Position numbers and translations under genes: made by a program. Source: Eledone cirrhosa (lineage: Eukaryota). Taken from it: a stretch of DNA of 64,000 nt. Of the stretch, positions 1-9,921 are shown piece after piece. Every line of letters begins with the position of its first letter. Positions within the stretch are counted from its first letter, which is position 1. The stretch lies in the NCBI GenBank assembly GCA_964016885.1, contig OZ024740.1:403434001-403498000 (forward strand), written 5' to 3'. The notes under the pieces are model-generated. The model made no database searches. It had not been told where the DNA came from and worked only from the letters and a program-made list of their open reading frames with translations.

Positions 1-61
1 GTTTAAACAGAAAAAGATGAGAGAATACTGACCGGTTAACTGGACAGACACTATGATGAAA

Positions 62-430
62 GAAATTTCAGACATAACCAATCTATGTTTTATTCAGACA
101 TAGTGTTATGTTGGACTACATTATCCAATGGATTATTCCTTGTAATAAAAATAGAGTGTCCTTTGACTAAGATTTAGGTGCTATTTTTAGCAGGCCAAGT
201 GACCATGTAAAATCTTTCTTATCGAACTGTTTTTCAAACTATGCTGTCCAATGTTTGAAAAACAGTTCGATATGAAAGCTTTTACATGGTCACTTGGCCT
301 GCTAAAAATAGCACCTAAATCTGACTCAAATGATACTCTACAGTTATTACAAAGAATAATCCATTGGATAATGTAGTCCTACATAACACTATGTCTGAAT
401 AAAGCATGGATTGGTCATGTCTGAAATTTC
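62..430. repeat. Long imperfect inverted repeat (foldback): arms 62-239 and 253-430, 13-nt spacer
   Basis: Left arm GAAATTTCAGACAT...GAACTGTTTTTCAAAC is the reverse complement of GTTTGAAAAACAGTTC...ATGTCTGAAATTTC, with about 15 mismatches in 178 bp by eye. Confidence 0.95.
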
Positions 431-844
431 GTCTAAAATTCAAGGTAATTTTAAAATTGAGTGTGCCATTCAGAAAGCCAATTCTTGAAGTCCTTATAAT
501 AATAAATAAGAGATATGAAGAACCAGATAGTGTAAGTACATCTAGTCAATTGGAGTCTAACAAGCTTAGTGTAGTAAACAAAAAAAAAACCCTTTTCTAA
601 TTAAAATTACATCAGTTGTAAATAGAAAAAAAATCATTAGTTTGAATATAATAAAGAAAAACATGGGAGACAACTCTGAAATTCAAATTAATTAAAAATG
701 TAATTGGAGGGCATGTAGTGGAGAGTCATGAAAATAAGTGACTTGAGTTTATGGGAGGTTTAGAGCAGAAATAGTCCAGCAATCCAGTTGAGTCACTTTT
801 TTGTTACAAGAGGGAGAGTGCTTAGATATATACCATTCTCGTTG

Positions 845-1100
845 TCATCATCATCTTTCCCTGCTAGCAAGGGTTGGACAGGACATCAAAAGTCCAGGTT
901 AGTTGTCATGTGGAGCAACTGACCCCTCGGATGGGCTGATGACATACATCTCATGTTTACATATGTTCTTGCACACTACCAGGTACTCAGATGGACTTGA
1001 GGCCAACAACTCACATACAATCCGTCAATCTACCCAGTGCATTTTATAGTGACACCAGCACTAGGGATGTTGTCATTTATTTGACAGAGCTGAAGAGTCC
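845..1100 (-). mobile_element. Decayed RTE 3'-end relic
   Basis: (CAT)n followed by TTCCCTGCTAGCAAGGGTTGGAC, matching the tail junction of the full RTE at 6115-6180. The distal part resembles 16140-16200. Confidence 0.55.
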
Positions 1101-1697
1101 TCCCGACACATTTTTTGGTAGCTTTCTATGGGTCAATATCAACCACTTTGAGGACCCTTGCTTTAAAGTGTCAACCATAATTCTAATTTCTAAAGTGTCT
1201 CATATACCCGAAAATCAATATTATGGATCCCTACTATTATTTCCACAGCCAAATCTGAAACCTACTTTCATCTTATGTAAACGCAAAAAAGTGTTGCTTT
1301 TGTTTTTTTTTAATATCCTCCTGAAATTTATCTAAAAAGAATTTAAAATAAATAAGATGAATTAAAAAGAAAACAAGTAATATTATACAATTATCATCAT
1401 CATTATTTTAACTCTGCTTTTGTCCATGTTAGTATGGGTTAGACAGGCTGTTATGGTCTATGTCAGTTCTTATTCAAAGTTGCTGTCTTACTTAATGTAT
1501 TATGGAGGTGGTGGGGTGCACATTATGCTGATACATCTGAGTTGAGCATGACATGACACCCTGAACAATCATACTTTGTATAAAAACCAAGCTACATTCT
1601 TAAATTGCTTAGATAACACCACAGTAAGAGGAGGAGGAGGATAGAAAATAAAAACGAAAATAAAAGGTTTTGATTAGAGCCCACTAAATAACAGCAA

Positions 1698-1911
1698 TAA
1701 TGTTTTCTACTATAGGCACAAGGCCAGCAATTTGGGGGGAGGGGAAGGTTAATTAAATCAACCCTATTTCATTACTGGTGCTTTATTTTATTGATCCCAT
1801 AAGGATGAAAGGCAAAGCTAACCTCAGCAGGATTTGAACTCACAACATCAAGGGCTGTAACTATATGCCACAAAAAATATTGTCTGTCACTCTACCGATA
1901 CTGCCAATCTA
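1698..1911 (-). mobile_element. tRNA-type SINE (family A, long variant)
   Basis: Shares GGATGAAAGGCAAAG..AACCTC..GGATTTGAACTC and the terminal TTTCTAC...GGCACAAGGCCAGCAAT with copies at 5792, 12576 and 62958. B-box GAGTTCAAATCC is on the minus strand. Confidence 0.85.
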
Positions 1912-1952
1912 CAATAATAATGATATCTTTTGACTAGATACAAGGATGTGGA

Positions 1953-2245
1953 TGCAGTACGGCTCTAATGATTAAGAAGTTCACTTTGCAATCCCACTGA
2001 ATTACATCTTAGGCAAGTGTCATTTACCATAGCTGTGGGTTGACCCTTGCTTTGTGAGTGAAATTTGGCAGATGGAAACTGTTTAAATGCTTGAAGGACA
2101 GACTGTACCTCTAATATCTGTGTCATGCATAATCTCCCTAAGAATTATATTAAGGGTACACATGTCTGGGAAATGCTCAGCCACTTACAAGTTAATTTCA
2201 TGAGCAGGCTTTTCCATTGATTGAACAACTGAAATATTCATCATC
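1953..2245 (+). mobile_element. Decayed SINE (family B, CORE-like)
   Basis: TTAAGAAGTT...CCACTG...CATCTTAGGCAAGTGTC...TGTGAGTGAAATTTGG is homologous to 15183-15320. CTTRGGCAAGT resembles the CORE domain. Confidence 0.6.
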
Positions 2246-2400
2246 AAAACCAACAAAAGAAAGAGGGAAGAGGAGAGGGTGATAGACTCTACACCTAAGT
2301 CAAAGTGGGGTTTTGGCTGTGCCTTGTGAACAAAATGGCAAAGGCATTGCCATGGACAATGGCCAGTGACATGTTCTGCAACAGCCACCCCACTGTGTGA

Positions 2401-3047
2401 GACTCCTTCCTCAGATGCGGTGTTGTCATTTTGTTTTTATGGAGGAGATCAGCTGTATGGGGTCCCAGGATGCCTGAGATATTGGCAGCCAAACAGCAGT
2501 GTGTGGCATATTTCGATGCCCTTCTTATCAACCGGTACCCTTCTTGATGACAATTGTCTTGCATTGGAGTGGCACAATGCCTCTGCCTCCATGGATGTGA
2601 GCCATACAAATGCCATTGTGGATCTGTCACCAATGAGTTAGACCTGCACCATCTATCATGCTACTAGGGAGCAGCCTGGTTTCCCCAACATACTGCTCTG
2701 AATGACATAATGTGAAGGAGCTTCCCATCACAACTGGTGCCAGCAGGCTTTGATTGTGGAAATGGCAAGTGCTCCGGTGGAATTACCCTCTTCCCATTCA
2801 AGGGAGCTAAATCCTTTATCTGAGATATACCATGCCAGGACATTTTCTCCACCATCTTCCTAGTTGCCAAAAACCCTGGTACCACATCCCACAATGTAGA
2901 GGACAGGAAGATAAGCAAATGCCAGGGTTTGTCCTGCTGCTTCCTCTTTACACCAGTTCTTATCAAGACCTCAGGCATCCTTGGCCCCCATACAGTTGAC
3001 CACCACCATAAAATCGGAATGACAGCAACCCTTGTGAGGAAGAGACA
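2401..3047. repeat. Diverged inverted pair of ~80-bp segments (2401-2479 and 2968-3047), probably decayed element fragments
   Basis: Opposite-strand ORFs give SGILGPHTADLLHKNKMT and SGILGPHTVDHHHKIGMT. Nucleotide match is about 75% by eye. Confidence 0.7.
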
Positions 3048-3454
3048 AATGTTTGTAATAGAGATTACTTTTGAATGTATTGATCAAGTATCTTACTTGT
3101 TCTTAATAATTCAGGGAATGACTATTTCAAATGTATTTATATCAAGCTGGCATAAAGACAATGTCCTCTTTTACTCCATTGACTAAAAATGTTCCAGAAT
3201 ATTTGGATCAGCTCAGGCTTTAGGAGTCCTTTCCCTAGCATGCTTCTCATTATCTGAACACCCACAAAGGTAGCTTTGGTCTTGGAATTGTGAGGATAAT
3301 CTCAGGGAATTGAAATATTTTCCTCTTGCCATATTTAAAATCTGGGAGCTTACTCATGTGTATATGTGTGTGTCATCATCATCATCATCATCATTTTACA
3401 CCAATTTATCCATGCAGAAATAGATTGCATATTGTGTGTACATGTGTACACACG

Positions 3455-3462
<8 letters not shown>

Positions 3463-3521
<59 letters not shown>
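3463..3521. repeat. (TA)n microsatellite
   Basis: Direct reading. Confidence 0.98.
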
Positions 3522-3524
<3 letters not shown>

Positions 3525-3527
3525 TAA

Positions 3528-3745
3528 TCATCATCATCACCGTTTTACGTCCATTCTTCCATGCTAGCATGGGTTGGGTGGATTGTCCTGTTGTGGTAGT
3601 GCCAGGTCGGGTGACCTTGTCTTGCTCAAATGGGAACTGATTTTGGCTTGATTTCTACAGCTGGATGCCCTTCCTAACAGCAACCTCATTTACAGTGAGT
3701 GCTGGGTGCTTTTTTCCGTGGCACCTCCATAACCACTTTACAATG
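3528..3745 (-). mobile_element. RTE 3'UTR relic
   Basis: (CAT)n-CGTTTTACGTCC..TTCCATGCTAGCATGGG and TTCTACAGCTGGATGCCCTTCCTAAC match the 3'UTR at 6115-6300. Confidence 0.85.
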
Positions 3746-3832
3746 GGAAAGGGTGTGGTCATATTGTCTATATGCCTCAGCTTCGGCTTGTACCCGTGGG
3801 AAGTTGGGTCTTCTGTATTACTGCATGACGTC

Positions 3833-3900
3833 ATATATATATATACATATATATATACATACACACACACATATCACATATATATTATACATATATATAT

Positions 3901-3971
<71 letters not shown>

Positions 3972-4045
3972 CATATACATATATGCACACATTCATATAC
4001 ACACACATATTGTGTCTGTATATGCATGTATGTGTGTGTATGTGT
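3833..4045. repeat. Compound (TA)n/(TACA)n/(TG)n microsatellite
   Basis: Direct reading; it explains the YI-repeat ORFs. Confidence 0.95.
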
Positions 4046-4509
4046 TGTCTGTATACTTCTCATGTATAGTTTATATTTATAGATATTTTCTCTATTCGTC
4101 AAGTACTGGAGTTGATTTATATTCCTATTATACATTCTAGATGTGAATGAAATTATAACAAAAGAGGAGAATAGAATATCATAATCTGAAGTTCTCAGTC
4201 CCTAAGTACATATAACTTAATATCTCTGTAAAATATAAAAAAAAGCAATATCTGTTATATTTATAGATGTGGAGAAATGATAGATCTCTGAACTTTAATC
4301 TTCTCCATATCTTGTTTGTAGTTTTCTAATTCTGAGTTCATGTGCCATTGGCTTTAATAGCTTAGTCAGAGAGAATGGTTACAAGACTGATAGGATGATG
4401 AGAAGTTATTTTCAAGCCATAGACCTGGCTCAAGTGTTTGCAGTAAAATGGAATTTGTTAAAAATATCCAAGAGCCAGATGGTGATGTTAAACTAGGCAA
4501 TAAAACAAT

Positions 4510-5391
4510 CTAGAATCAAAAGGCCTTAAAATTAACCTGTCTAAGACTAAAGTTCTAGTTTGTAGGAAGGAAAATAGTACACCAGTCCCATCTGGGAAAT
4601 GGCCATGCTCAGTGTGTAGGAAAGGAGTAGGTAGAAACTCCATTTTATGTCCCAAATGCAAAGTATGGGTGCATAAAAGATGTAGTGGGATCACAGGTAA
4701 GCTAACTAAGAACATAGATTTTATATGTGGCCGGTGCTCTGGTGCAATAAGTAGCAGCAAGTGCCCACAGAATAGTAGCTCATTCCATTGCACAGATGGT
4801 TCTATAGAAAAAGTGGACACCTTCCGTTACTTGGGTGACAAAATCAGCAGTGGTGGAGGGTGCTCTGAAAGTACAGTAGCTAAAGTCAGAACGGGATGGA
4901 AAAAGTTCAGAGAGCTTATACCACTATTAGCCGCTAAAGGGTTCTCTCTAAAAATGAAAGGCAGGCTATATGATGCCTGCATACGAACAGCAATGTTACA
5001 TGGCAGTGAGACCTGGGCATTGTGTGCAGAGGATATACGCAGACTGGAGAGGAACAAAGCTTGTATGCTCCGCTGGATGTGTAATAGTAATATACGTGAA
5101 CGGCAAAGCATAAACGAACTAAGGGAAAAATTAGAAATAAGAGGGATCAGATGTTGTTTACTCGAGAGAAGACTACGTTGGTATGGTCACGTGATGCGCA
5201 TGAAAGATGACAGCTGTATAAAAAAGTGCAGGGCAATAAAAATAGACGGTAGCCACGGAGTAGGCAGACCCAGAAAAACCTGGGACGACTTGATAAATTC
5301 CGACCTCACACACTTACACCTCTCCAAGACAATGTCACTGGACCAAGATCTTTGGCGCTACACAGTCATACAGAAGACCCGCCTTGCCTAA
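4510..5391 (+). pseudogene. C-terminal fragment of RTE ORF (end of RT, PHD-like finger, C-terminal domain)
   Basis: LESKGLKINLSKTK...CSVC..CPKC..H..C..CGRC...FRYLG...RLRWYGHVMR...GRPRKTW is nearly identical to the C-terminus of the 1137-aa ORF. Confidence 0.93.
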
Positions 5392-5773
5392 GTACAAAGT
5401 GAAACCTACTACAGTCAGTAGGCACCTCTAACAAAATACACCCCATCCCACTACCTCCACCCCATCCACACCACCCCTTTCAATGTAAAGTTATGTTGGT
5501 ACCACAACATCCAGTCCAAAACAAATGAGGTCGTGTAGGTTTCACGACAAAAAAACACACAGTCCACGCTGTAATGTGGCCGTGTAGATAACACGGTAAA
5601 AACCTCCCAGTCCACACTGTAAACGTGGTTGGTGTTAGGAAGGGCATCCAGCTGTAGAAAACCCGCCAGACAGTCCTATGCGAGCAAGACAACCACTCTT
5701 GCCTCAAGTGGGAAAACTCCCGTCCAAACCCATGCAAGCGTGGAAGATGGACGTTAAACGATGATGATGATGA
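4510..5773 (+). mobile_element. 5'-truncated RTE-clade LINE with 3'UTR and (GAT)n tail
   Basis: Homologous to the reverse complement of 6115-7390, ending in GATGATGATGATGAT. Confidence 0.95.
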
Positions 5774-5791
5774 TTTAATACATAAATGTAT

Positions 5792-5984
5792 AATAATTGT
5801 TTCTACTTTTGGCAAAAGGCCAGCAATTACCCAGTGCATTACTGGTACTTTATTTTATCGACCCTGTAAGGATGAAAGGCAAAGTTAACCTCGGTGGGAT
5901 TTGAACTCAAAGTGGCAAGAGCTGTAACTCTATGCATCAAAGCATGGTGTCCGACCCTTTACCAATACTGCCAATCCACCGCCC
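5792..5984 (-). mobile_element. tRNA-type SINE (family A, short variant)
   Basis: The minus strand begins GGGCGGTGGATTGGCAGTATTGG (A-box-like), contains B-box GAGTTCAAATCC and is closely similar to 12576-12763. Confidence 0.9.
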
Positions 5985-6507
5985 ACTGTACAAATGTTGT
6001 CAATAATGCTGGTAATAGCATTAAACATATTCAATTTTTGGACTCCAAGATTGATATGTCATATATACCAAGATTACTGGATATATGAACCATCATACTA
6101 TCAGGGAAATTGATCATCATCATCATCATCATCATCAACGTTTAACGTCCGTGTTCCACGCTTGCATGGGTTTGGACGGGGGTAGTCCCACTTGAGGCAA
6201 GAGTGATTGTCTTGCTCGCATAGGACTGTCTGGCAGGTTTTCTACAGTTGGATGCCCTTCCTAACACCAACCACATTTACAGTGTGGGTCTGGGAGGTTT
6301 TTACCGTGTTGCCTACACGGCCACATTACAGCGTGGACTGTGTGTTTTTTTGTCGTGACACCTACACGATCTCATTTGTTTCGGCCTCGATGGCGCGGCA
6401 CCAACATAACTTTACATAGAACGGGGTGGTGTGGATCGGGTGGGGGTGGTGGGACGGGGTGTATTTGTTAGAGATGCCTACTGGCTGGAGTAGGTTTTAC
6501 TATATAT

Positions 6508-9500
6508 TTAGGTAAGGCGGGTCTTCTCTGTTACTGAGTACCGCCAAAGGTCTCGGTCCAGTGACATTGTCTTGGAGAGGTGTAAGTGTGTGATGTCGGA
6601 GTTTATCAGCTCGTCCCAGGTTTTTCTAGGTCTGCCTATTCCGTGACTACCGTCTATCTTTATTGCCCTGCACTTTGTTATACAGCTATCGACTTTCATG
6701 CGCATCACGTGTCCATACCAACGTAGCCTTCTCTCGAGTAAACAACATCTGATCCCTCTTATCTCTAATTTATTCCTTAGTTCGTTTATGCTTTGCCGTT
6801 CACGTATATTACTGTTACACATCCAGCGGAGCATGCAAGCTTCGTTCCTCTCTAGTCTGCGTATATCCTCTGCACACAATGCCCAGGTCTCACTGCCATG
6901 CAGCATTGCTGTTCGTATGCAGGCATCGTACAACCTGCCTTTCATTTTTAGTGAGAACCCTTTAGCAGCTAATAGTGGTATAAGCTCTCTGAACTTTTTC
7001 CAACCAGTTCTGACTCTAGCTACAGTACTTTCAGAGCACCCTCCCCCACTGCTGATTTTATCGCCCAGGTAACGGAAGCTGTCCACTATTTCTATAGAAC
7101 CCTCTGCGCAATTGAAAGAGCTAGTAGTTTGTGGGCACTTGCTGCTACTTATTGCACCAGAGCACCGGCCACATGTAAAATCTATGTTCTTAGTTAGCCT
7201 ACCTGTGATCCCACTACATCTTTTATGCACCCATACTTTGCATTTAGGACATAAAATGGAGTTTCTACCTACGCCTTTCCTACACACCGAGCACGACCAT
7301 TTCCCAGAAGGGACCGCCGCCTTGTTTTCTTTCCTACAAACTAGTACTTTGGTCTTAGCCAGGTTAATTTTAAGTCCTTTTGACTCTAGGCCGTGCTTCC
7401 ATGTTTGGAATTTCTTCTCTAGCTCGGCCATTGATTCCGCTATGAGTGTCAGGTCGTCTGCGTATAGGAGTTCCCATGGGCAGCCTGTCTTGAACTCCTC
7501 TGTTATGGCCTGAAGGGCAATAATAAATAGTAGTGGACTGAGAACAGAGCCCTGATGGACGCCGACTTTTACGCTAAACTCTTCACTATATTCGTTGTTA
7601 ATTCTAACCTTGCTGACTGTTTCTTTATACATGGCTTGTATAGCCCTCACAAGCCATTCGTCAACGCCTAGTTTTCTAAGAGCCCACCAGATAATGGAGC
7701 GGGGGACTCTGTCGAAGGCTTTCTCCAAGTCGACAAAAGCTAAGTAGAGGGGTTTACCTTTAGCTAGGTACTTCTCTTGTAGTTGTCGTACTATGAAAAG
7801 AGCGTCTGTGGTACTTTTGCCTGACACAAACCCGAACTGCATTTCATCTAGGTCAATTCTCTCTCTGATTAGTTGCGCTATTACTCTTTCCGTGACCTTC
7901 ATGACCTGGTCGATTAATTTAATGCCTCTATAGTTACTCCTATCTAGGGCGTCTCCTTTACCCTTATAACAGTTAACGATGATGCTGCTATGCCAGTCCT
8001 TCGGAACAACCCCGTTTTGTACGACTTGGTTAACTATGCGGGTGACCATGGTGTGTCCCACCGTGCCAGATGCCTTCAGCATCTCAGCAACTATTTCCGA
8101 AGGCCCAGCCGCCTTACCAGTCTTCATATCCTTGATTGCCTTACTTATTATACTCCCCTCGACTAACACTGCTGGTCCCTCTATTGGGTCGATATGGGGG
8201 AGACTGCCTTTCTCCCAATTATTCTCCTCATTTAGAAGCCTTTCATAGTGACACTTCCAAGCTACCTTCTTATCAGCGTCGGTGATGGCAAGTGTGCCAT
8301 CGTCGTTTAGTACACACTTCTCCCCGACAATATCACGGTTTTCCTTGACGCATTGCCTAGCAATCCTGAACACCTCACGTTTTTGGTCATCGCGTTGTAG
8401 AACATGCTTGAACTTTCTTTCCTCAGCTTCCCTTCTTGCTAAGTACACTTGTCTCCTAGCTTCCCTCCTGGCCACTTGATAGTCCTCTCTACTTCCCCCA
8501 TCCCGCCATACTTTCCAAGCCTGCTTTTTGGCCTTAATTGACCCCTCCACCTTACTGTTCCACCACCATGTTACTCTCCTCCTGCCTACAGGCCTGCTCC
8601 AGCCACAGACCTCGTCTGTCGCCAACAGCAGGTTTGCTTTCAGAAATTCCCACTCTCCCTCTATATTGTCCGACTCTAAATGTTCTTCCTTACTGTCGAA
8701 AGCATCAAGTAATATGCTTTGAAATTTATTCCTGGCTGTGGGGTCCTTTAGCTTCCATATTTTCCTCCTGAGGATAGTCCTCTTCTGTTGTCGAGTACGT
8801 CTCGTCCTGACTATGAGGTCGCTAATTATCAGTCTATGTTGGGAGGTGCATTCTTCATGGGGGAGGGATTTAGTGTTAACAACAGACACTCTGTCACGTC
8901 TTCTGGTAAGGATATAATCTACCTGGCTTGTGTGTTCCCCGGATCTATAGGTGATCAGGTGATTGTCACGTTTTTTGAAGTTAGTGTTACAGATAGTTAG
9001 GTTATTTGCATCACAGAATTCCAGGATTCTGGAGCCTTCCTCATTTCTAGTACCAAACCCATAGCCTCCATGGATTTCGTCGTAGCCGTCACAATGTTGT
9101 CCAACGTGACCATTTAGGTCGCCTGCGATAATTATATAGTCACTGTCGGATATTTGGGAGGTAGTTAGCATCAGTGTCTCATAGAATCTGTCTTTTATAG
9201 TGCCGGGCAGTCCGGATTGGGGTGCGTACGCAGATATTACTGTCACCGTAGTTCTATTGAGGACAAGTCGTATTTTAATTATTCTGTCGTTCACTCTATT
9301 TACGTCTATTATCTTATCTGCCCACTTTTCTGCTACCATGATTCCTACTCCACCCAGCCCATCGTCGTTTCCCACCCAGAAAAGCTTATAACAACGTTTT
9401 TTACCCTCAATGAACCTAGCAGACCCACCCCTCCACCTGGTCTCTTGAATACAACAAACATCGACCTCCTTACGTTCAAGCATTTCTACAACCTCGTTAG

Positions 9501-9921
9501 CGCGACCCTTTAGGGTGCCTACATTTATGGTACCAACTCTGAAGTTTTGGATTGCGTTTGGGGGTTGGGGGCGGTGAGGGGCGGGGGGCGATGGGGTTAT
9601 GTTAGCCGTCCGCGGTCGAAACAATGAGGAGTGCTCGCATTCTCGTCCAAGGGGTGAATTTGTCTTTATCTTTGGCATTGTCGCTGAGCGTCCAGATTTT
9701 TCTCTCTCACCTCCACTCTCCAGGATTCCGCAGTCCATCCATCCATCATATATCGTATATCGAAAGGCAACCAGGCAAGCGATAGTATAGGCCTCTGGTT
9801 TCTGATTGGTCCGCGTAATAATACTGGTGATGCGTGGGGGGGGGGGGCTCTGTTTTATGATTGGTCCACGTAATAGCAATGGTGGTGTGTGGGGGTGGGA
9901 GGGAGGAGTGTTGGGTAACAA
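6508..9921 (-). CDS. RTE LINE polyprotein: APE endonuclease + reverse transcriptase + PHD-like zinc finger
   Basis: APE motifs INVGTL, CIQETRW, AGDLNGHVG, QVDYIL, SQHRLI. RT motifs NYRGIKL, FVDLEKAFDRV, GVHQGSVLSPLLF, LLYADDL, FRYLG. RTE C-terminal motifs RLRWYGHV and GRPRKTW. The listed start is TTG; the true start may be a downstream ATG (MDCG or MPKI). Confidence 0.97.
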   Translation of the reverse strand: MLPNTPPSHPHTPPLLLRGPIIKQSPPPPRITSIITRTNQKPEAYTIACLVAFRYTIYDGWMDCGILESGGEREKSGRSATMPKIKTNSPLGRECEHSSLFRPRTANITPSPPAPHRPQPPNAIQNFRVGTINVGTLKGRANEVVEMLERKEVDVCCIQETRWRGGSARFIEGKKRCYKLFWVGNDDGLGGVGIMVAEKWADKIIDVNRVNDRIIKIRLVLNRTTVTVISAYAPQSGLPGTIKDRFYETLMLTTSQISDSDYIIIAGDLNGHVGQHCDGYDEIHGGYGFGTRNEEGSRILEFCDANNLTICNTNFKKRDNHLITYRSGEHTSQVDYILTRRRDRVSVVNTKSLPHEECTSQHRLIISDLIVRTRRTRQQKRTILRRKIWKLKDPTARNKFQSILLDAFDSKEEHLESDNIEGEWEFLKANLLLATDEVCGWSRPVGRRRVTWWWNSKVEGSIKAKKQAWKVWRDGGSREDYQVARREARRQVYLARREAEERKFKHVLQRDDQKREVFRIARQCVKENRDIVGEKCVLNDDGTLAITDADKKVAWKCHYERLLNEENNWEKGSLPHIDPIEGPAVLVEGSIISKAIKDMKTGKAAGPSEIVAEMLKASGTVGHTMVTRIVNQVVQNGVVPKDWHSSIIVNCYKGKGDALDRSNYRGIKLIDQVMKVTERVIAQLIRERIDLDEMQFGFVSGKSTTDALFIVRQLQEKYLAKGKPLYLAFVDLEKAFDRVPRSIIWWALRKLGVDEWLVRAIQAMYKETVSKVRINNEYSEEFSVKVGVHQGSVLSPLLFIIALQAITEEFKTGCPWELLYADDLTLIAESMAELEKKFQTWKHGLESKGLKINLAKTKVLVCRKENKAAVPSGKWSCSVCRKGVGRNSILCPKCKVWVHKRCSGITGRLTKNIDFTCGRCSGAISSSKCPQTTSSFNCAEGSIEIVDSFRYLGDKISSGGGCSESTVARVRTGWKKFRELIPLLAAKGFSLKMKGRLYDACIRTAMLHGSETWALCAEDIRRLERNEACMLRWMCNSNIRERQSINELRNKLEIRGIRCCLLERRLRWYGHVMRMKVDSCITKCRAIKIDGSHGIGRPRKTWDELINSDITHLHLSKTMSLDRDLWRYSVTEKTRLT

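Noticed and set aside
3326-4135. ORFs rich in YI/HT repeats (also 13898-14118 and 18439-18757)
   Set aside because: Microsatellite translations.
6698-9790. Plus-strand ORFs overlapping the RTE, and short ORFs overlapping the Tx1 fragments
   Set aside because: Antisense or alternate-frame shadows of retroelement ORFs.
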